In this document: positions 24,830-30,023 of the stretch, in pieces
Numbering within the stretch: the stretch's first letter is position 1
How the letters are laid out: each line of letters opens with the position of its first letter
Origin: Candidatus Rokuibacteriota bacterium
Lineage (GTDB): Bacteria; Methylomirabilota; Methylomirabilia; Rokubacteriales; DASRDR01
Length of the DNA stretch: 30,023 nt
Reading direction: 5' to 3'
NCBI GenBank assembly: GCA_044866005.1
Contig: JBIOTN010000021.1
Coordinates: 1 to 30,023 of the forward strand
The notes under the pieces: generated by a model
The model's input: the letters and a program-made list of their open reading frames with translations, nothing else
Database searches by the model: none
Told to the model about the DNA's origin: nothing
Position numbers and translations under genes: made by a program

Positions 24830-25630
24830 ATGGGCCTGTCGGTCGGCGCCTTCTACAACCCACACCTGGCCGCGGCGACGATCGAGGCCGGGGGCCTCAT
24901 CGAGCACCTCGCGATGGCCGACCCGCCGCGGCCCGACGATCCTCACTTCCCCCGGATCCGCGAGCGCTTCGTCCTGCTCCTCCACGACTTCCTCGGCCAG
25001 CTCAGCGAGCCGCTGCCGGAGCCGGCCCTGGCCCGCGCCCGTCGCCTGGCCGCCCTCTACGACACCCCGTGGGCCGCCGAGCATCTGCAGCGGGTCCACA
25101 CGACCGACGGTGACGCCTTCGTGGATTACGTCTTCCCGCCCGTCTACACCGAGGATCTGCTCGCCGACTACGTCGAGCACGCGCGGGCGCTCCGCGACGC
25201 GCTCGGGCGGCCGCTCGTCCTCGAGCCGATCCCGACGTATCTGGCCCTGCCGCTGCCGCAGCTCGGGGAGGCCGAGTTCGTGCGCCGGTTCTACGCCGAG
25301 AGCGGCTGCGGGATGCTGCTCGACGTCGCCCACGCCTGGCTCTCCGCCCACTACGCCGGCATCCCGCCGCGGGAGTTCGTGGCCGCCCTCCCGCTCGAGC
25401 AGACCGTCGAGCTCCACGTCGCCGGCGTCGAGCCCGATCGTGACCTCGGGGGCCCCTGGATCGGCGCGGCCGTGCCCGATCGGGGGCTCCTCGACCTCGC
25501 GCTCTTCGCGGCCGAGCGCGCGCCAGCGCTCCGCGCCGTGACCTTCGACGCGTTCTCCAGCGCCCTCAGCGCGGAGACGCTCCGCGCCGGGGTCGCCGCC
25601 ATCCGCGACGCCTTCGGACTCCCGCGATGA
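24830..25630 (+). CDS. DUF692 family multinuclear non-heme iron oxidative enzyme (MNIO), divergent
   Basis: 266 aa; 'LLHDFLG', 'WAAEHL', 'FPPVYT', 'PLVLEPIPTY', 'GCGMLLDVAH', 'ELHVAG', 'AVTFD'. Confidence 0.82.
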   Translation: MGLSVGAFYNPHLAAATIEAGGLIEHLAMADPPRPDDPHFPRIRERFVLLLHDFLGQLSEPLPEPALARARRLAALYDTPWAAEHLQRVHTTDGDAFVDYVFPPVYTEDLLADYVEHARALRDALGRPLVLEPIPTYLALPLPQLGEAEFVRRFYAESGCGMLLDVAHAWLSAHYAGIPPREFVAALPLEQTVELHVAGVEPDRDLGGPWIGAAVPDRGLLDLALFAAERAPALRAVTFDAFSSALSAETLRAGVAAIRDAFGLPR

Positions 25631-26430
25631 CCGGGCGCCGCGTCCACGACGGCCTCCTGCGCCTGCTGACGAGCGCCGCGCTGAGGCGCGCGCTCGCCGC
25701 GCGGGACGCGCACGCCGGCGACCTCGCCCCCGGGCTCGGGGCCGAGGCGGCCGCGGTGCTGCGGGGGGCGGACCCCGAGCGCCTGGCGCGGCTGGCCCGC
25801 TTCATGGGGCGCCACTTCTACCGGGAGCGGATCGTGCGGCTGTTCGCGGCGAGCCGCCGTCTCGCCCGACCGCGCGGCGGCGACGTGCTCGACCTGCTCC
25901 ACACGCCGGCCTTCGACGCGCTCCTCGACACGGCGGAGGTCGGCGCCGGCGCGACCGCCGAGCGCGTGGCGGCGCTGGTCGAGGCCCGGCTCGGGGCGCC
26001 CCTCGGCGAGCTGCCCTACGGCCCGGACCTCCTGGCCTACGAAGGCCTGCTCTTCCGCGTCGAGGCCGGCCCGCGCCGCTGGCGGGACGGCGGACCGGCC
26101 GGCCCGCGCCCGGTCCGGTCGGCTCACGCGCGCGTCTGCCTCCTCGAGTGGGACGTCACCGGGCTCGTGGCCGCGGTCCGACGCGGCGACGCGGAGCTGC
26201 CCGCGCCGGCGCGGCACGCGACGCGGCTGCTCCTGACGCTGGCGCCGAACGGCCGGGTCACCACGGTGCGGTGTCCCGAGCCCGTGGAGCGCTTGCTCGC
26301 GCTCCTCGATGGCGCGCGCTCGGCGTCGGAGGCGGCCGGCGCCGCGGGCCTCGGGACGGCGGAGGCGGAGCGCGTGCTGCGGCAGCTCACGGACGTGGGA
26401 GCGGTCGAGTGGCCCGCGGTGCGCGTGTGA
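25627..26430 (+). CDS. Putative MNIO partner / precursor-recognition protein
   Basis: ATGA overlap with the MNIO; 'DLLAYEGLLF' and C-terminal winged-helix-like 'LLALLDGARSASEAA...VLRQLTDVGAV' resemble DUF2063/RRE-type partners. Confidence 0.65.
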   Translation: MTGRRVHDGLLRLLTSAALRRALAARDAHAGDLAPGLGAEAAAVLRGADPERLARLARFMGRHFYRERIVRLFAASRRLARPRGGDVLDLLHTPAFDALLDTAEVGAGATAERVAALVEARLGAPLGELPYGPDLLAYEGLLFRVEAGPRRWRDGGPAGPRPVRSAHARVCLLEWDVTGLVAAVRRGDAELPAPARHATRLLLTLAPNGRVTTVRCPEPVERLLALLDGARSASEAAGAAGLGTAEAERVLRQLTDVGAVEWPAVRV

Positions 26431-27923
26431 GCCGCGCCCCGGTCGTCCTCGCGGTCCTGGCGCTCCTCCTCCTCCCCGGGCTGCCGGTGGCCGCGCCGCC
26501 GCTGCCCGCCGGCCACGCGCTCACGGTTCAGGTCACCGCCGAGCCTCCGGGCCTCGACCTGACGGCGACGCCGGCCTCGGCCACCGCCACGATCGTCTTC
26601 TACAACGTCCAGGAAGGGCTCGTGAAGGTCGATCCGCACGGGCGGCTCGTGCCGTGGCTCGCCGAGCGCTGGCACACGGCGGACGGCCTGAACTACACCT
26701 TCTTCCTCAAGCGGGGCGTCCGGTTCCACAACGGGCGGCCGTTCACCGCGGACGACGTGCGATTCGTGCTCGATCGGGCCCGTCAGCCCGAGACCCGGCA
26801 TCCGCACGCCAAGCAGTACGAGGACATCGCCGACATCCAGGTCAGGGACCCGCACACCGTGACGATCGCGCTCCGGAAGCCGAACGCGATGTTCCTCTAC
26901 ACCCTCGCCCGCCAGGGGTCGGTGATGTATCCGCGCGAGGCGGTCGAGCAGCTCAAGTCGCAGCCGGTCGGGACCGGCCCCTTCGTCCTGGCGCGCTGGG
27001 AGCGGGGGGACCGCGTCGTGCTGAAGAAGAACCCGGACTACCACGCGAAGGGCGTGCCCCGGCTGGACGAGGTGACCTTCCGCTTCATCGCGGACCAGAA
27101 TGCTGCCCTCGCCGCGCTGCAGGCGGGCGACGTCGACGTCGCCTACTTCGGCCTGGGACCCGAATCGGTCGACGTCGTCCGGCGGTCCCCGGGGCTCCGG
27201 GTCGTCGTCGGCGAGACCACGAACGACGTGGTGCTCGCCCTGAACAACTCGCGGCCGCCCTACGCGGACGTCCGCGTCCGGCGGGCCATCACGCATGCCA
27301 TCGACAAGGACGAGGTCCTGCGGGGCGCCATGTTCGGCTTCGGCCGGATCCTCGGCACCAACGTCGACGCGCTGAACCCGTACTTCGTGGACATGGCGAG
27401 GGCGCTGCCCCACGATCCCGGGAGGGCGCGGCGGCTCCTCGCGGAGGCGGGATACCCCAACGGGTTCGACGCCGTGCTCAAGGTCGCGCCGCAGTATCCC
27501 TACACCGTGCGGACGGGCGAGGTCCTCGTGGGACAGCTCGCCAAGGTGGGGATCCGCGTCCGCCTCGAGCAGATCGAGTGGGGCCAGTGGCTCGAGCGCG
27601 TGTACCGGAACGCGGACTACGACATGACGATCATCGGGCACGCGGAAGCCTGGGACGCGGGCAACTACGCGAACCCCCGGTACTACTTCCGCTACGACAG
27701 CCCGCGCTTCCAGGAGGTGTTCCAGAAGTCCGAGACGACGCTCGACGAGGCGAGGCGGCGCGCCCTCTACCGCGAGCTGCAGCAGATCATGGTGGAGGAG
27801 GCGCCGGTGGTCTGGCTCTACGCCTACCCGCGCCTCGTCGCCGCCAAGAGGGGCGTCCAGGGCATCTGGAAGGACCTCCCCACCCCGTCGTTCGACCTCT
27901 CGGGCGTGTCCTGGGCACGCTGA
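26427..27923 (+). CDS. Peptide/nickel ABC transporter substrate-binding protein (family 5, DppA-like)
   Basis: GTGA overlap with the partner gene; signal peptide; 'PWLAERW', 'FHNGRPFTADDV', 'GTGPF', 'VRRAITHAID'. Confidence 0.92.
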   Translation: MSRAPVVLAVLALLLLPGLPVAAPPLPAGHALTVQVTAEPPGLDLTATPASATATIVFYNVQEGLVKVDPHGRLVPWLAERWHTADGLNYTFFLKRGVRFHNGRPFTADDVRFVLDRARQPETRHPHAKQYEDIADIQVRDPHTVTIALRKPNAMFLYTLARQGSVMYPREAVEQLKSQPVGTGPFVLARWERGDRVVLKKNPDYHAKGVPRLDEVTFRFIADQNAALAALQAGDVDVAYFGLGPESVDVVRRSPGLRVVVGETTNDVVLALNNSRPPYADVRVRRAITHAIDKDEVLRGAMFGFGRILGTNVDALNPYFVDMARALPHDPGRARRLLAEAGYPNGFDAVLKVAPQYPYTVRTGEVLVGQLAKVGIRVRLEQIEWGQWLERVYRNADYDMTIIGHAEAWDAGNYANPRYYFRYDSPRFQEVFQKSETTLDEARRRALYRELQQIMVEEAPVVWLYAYPRLVAAKRGVQGIWKDLPTPSFDLSGVSWAR

Positions 27924-27990
27924 TCCCGCCGTCCTCCGCCACGGGGGCGCGGCGCGCCGTCCGGCCGGATCCGGCGCACCTTGCGGGGCG

Positions 27991-28938
27991 ATGATGCGGG
28001 CGTTCGTGGCCCGGCGGCTGGTCGCCTTCGGGGCGACGATGCTCGTCGTCTCCATCCTGGTCTTCGTGGTCGTCCGGGTGCTCCCGGGCGACCCGGCGCT
28101 CCTCATCCTCGGCCTCGAGGCGAGCCCCGAGGCGGCGGCGGCGCTCCGGACGGCCCTGGGGCTCGACCGCCCGCTCCCCGTCCAGTACGCGGAATGGCTC
28201 GCCCGGGCCCTCCGCGGCGACTTCGGGCGCTCCATCCAGTACGACCTCCCGGTCGGGGGCCTGATCCTGGACCGGCTCGCCGTGACCGCGCCGCTCACGC
28301 TCCTGGCGGCGGTGTTCATGGCCGCGACCGCGCTCCCGCTCGGGATGTACGCCGCGACGCACCACCGGCGGCCCGGCGACTACGTGACCCTGATCGTCTC
28401 CCAGCTCGGCCTGGCCGTTCCCTCGTTCTGGGCGGGGTTGCTCCTCGTCCTGCTCTTCGCGGTCCACCTCGGCTGGGTCCGCGCCGGCGGCTTCGACGGC
28501 TGGGAGGCGGGCCTCGGGCCGGGCCTCCGGTCGCTCCTCCTCCCCGCGCTGGCCCTCGGCCTGATCCAGGCGGCCATTCTCACCCGCACGACCCGCTCGG
28601 CGCTCCTCGAGGTCTTCCAGGCCGAGCACGTGCGCACGGCGCGGGCGAAGGGCCTGAGCGAGCGCGCGGTGACGTGGAAGCACGTCCTGCGGAACGCGCT
28701 GGTGACGATCCTGACCATCCTCGGCCTTCAGCTCGGCCATCTCATGGCGGGGAGCATCGTCCTCGAGAACGTGTTCTACCTGCCCGGGCTGGGCCGTCTC
28801 GCCCTCGGCGCGATCGGCGCCCGCGACCTGCCCGTGGTGCAGGGGGTGGTGCTCTGCGTGGCGACGGTCATCGTCGCGGTGAACTTCGCCGTGGACCTGC
28901 TCTATGCGCTGCTCGACCCCCGCATCCGCTATGAGTAG
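27991..28938 (+). CDS. Peptide/nickel ABC permease (DppB-like)
   Basis: 'LPGDPA', 'GDFGRS', 'VRTARAKGL', 'ENVFYLPGLG', 'DPRIR'. Confidence 0.93.
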   Translation: MMRAFVARRLVAFGATMLVVSILVFVVVRVLPGDPALLILGLEASPEAAAALRTALGLDRPLPVQYAEWLARALRGDFGRSIQYDLPVGGLILDRLAVTAPLTLLAAVFMAATALPLGMYAATHHRRPGDYVTLIVSQLGLAVPSFWAGLLLVLLFAVHLGWVRAGGFDGWEAGLGPGLRSLLLPALALGLIQAAILTRTTRSALLEVFQAEHVRTARAKGLSERAVTWKHVLRNALVTILTILGLQLGHLMAGSIVLENVFYLPGLGRLALGAIGARDLPVVQGVVLCVATVIVAVNFAVDLLYALLDPRIRYE

Positions 28939-29755
28939 GACGCGGCGGGCCTTTCGCCGCGGCGCGCTCGTGCCGGGGCTCGTCGTCACGGCCGGGATCG
29001 TGCTGGTCGCGGCGCTGTCGCTGGTCTACACGCCGCGGAATCCGCTGGAGATGGACATCGCGGCGCGCCTCGAGCCGCCCTCCGCGGCGCACCCGCTGGG
29101 GACCGACCAGTACGGCCGCGATCTCCTCTCCCGGCTGATGCGGGGCGCGGTCGCCTCGCTGGTGGTCGGCGTCGTGGCCGTGGCCATCGGGATGGGCGTC
29201 GGCGTGCTCCTGGGGACGACCGCCGCGTACGCCGGCGGGTGGGCGGACGAGGCGCTGATGCGGGTGATGGACGCCGTCTACGGCTTCCCGGCCGTGCTGT
29301 CGGCGCTGCTCGTGACGGCCGCCTTCGGGCCGGGGCTCGTCATCAGCATGGTCGCGGTGGGGACCGCCTACGCCCCGATCTTCGCCCGGCTGACCCGTGG
29401 CAACGTCCTCGCGCTCCGCGAGCGCGAGTTCGTGCTGGCGGCCCGGGCCCTCGGCGCGCGCGACGCGCGCATCGTGCGGCGCCACATCCTGCCGAACACC
29501 CTCGCCCCGCTCATCGTCCAGGCCACGATCTCGTTCCCCCTGGCCATCCTGGCCGAGGCCGCGCTCTCCTATCTCGGCCTCGGCACCCAGCCGCCGCAGC
29601 CGTCCTGGGGCCTGATGCTCAAGGACGCCCAGAACTTCCTCGCCCTCGCGCCGTGGTACGCGGTCTTTCCGGGCACGGCGATCGCCCTGGCCGTCCTGGG
29701 CTTCAGCCTCCTCGGCGACGGGCTGCGGGATGTCCTCGACCCCCGCCTGTCGTGA
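28931..29755 (+). CDS. Peptide/nickel ABC permease (DppC-like)
   Basis: 'HPLGTDQYGRD', 'AARALGA', 'EAALSYLGLG', 'GDGLRDVLDP'. Confidence 0.93.
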   Translation: MSRTRRAFRRGALVPGLVVTAGIVLVAALSLVYTPRNPLEMDIAARLEPPSAAHPLGTDQYGRDLLSRLMRGAVASLVVGVVAVAIGMGVGVLLGTTAAYAGGWADEALMRVMDAVYGFPAVLSALLVTAAFGPGLVISMVAVGTAYAPIFARLTRGNVLALREREFVLAARALGARDARIVRRHILPNTLAPLIVQATISFPLAILAEAALSYLGLGTQPPQPSWGLMLKDAQNFLALAPWYAVFPGTAIALAVLGFSLLGDGLRDVLDPRLS

Positions 29756-30023
29756 GCGCCGGGCCGATAACCGTCGCATCCCGGCGTCCGGCATCACGGC
29801 CGGTACGCGCTCGGCCCACGGCCCCGCGGCCGTCCCGGCCTCTGGGGGCCTCGACCGGCCTCAACGTATGCGGCATACGCCTCGGCGCGCCTCGGGCCTG
29901 CGTCCTTCTATGAAGCGGCTGCCGCTGTCAAGTCCTTTGTGTGCGTCAGTCCTTTCCATGGGTTACGTGGTTGTGCTGGTGACACCGAGGCCGAGCGTAG
30001 CTGCGAGGTCCCCTCATCCTTCT

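Overview
Very GC-rich, gene-dense bacterial window with about 36 real CDSs; most long ORFs in the track are GC shadow frames. Gene content and a GGAGGGGGCCGTCGAGGCCCCCTCC-type palindromic repeat suggest a Ca. Rokubacteria/Methylomirabilota-like genome (inference only). Left to right: a NitT/TauT-type ABC importer operon ending in a radical SAM/SPASM gene; small secreted proteins; a decayed sugar-ABC permease fragment; rhodanese; a PAC2-M23-AAA-CPBP cluster; squalene/phytoene synthase; a UGSC selenoprotein (in-frame TGA plus SECIS hairpin, missed by the ORF track) with its partner; cupin; CoA-transferase; Tat-exported dienelactone hydrolase; an orphan Fe-S PD-(D/E)XK nuclease; YXWGXW lipoprotein; and ParB-like, TPR and DUF1054 genes. 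The main finding is a candidate selenocysteine-containing RiPP locus at about 21.8-29.8 kb. An unannotated 19-codon ORF (MELVVEVVDTVEVVPT-U-HN*, 24695..24754) has an RBS and a SECIS-like hairpin. It lies between a circularly permuted ATP-grasp ligase and a divergent DUF692/MNIO enzyme plus partner, which is coupled to a peptide/nickel-type ABC importer; a DinB-methyltransferase pair is transcribed divergently. All calls come from motif recognition by eye; no database searches were run.
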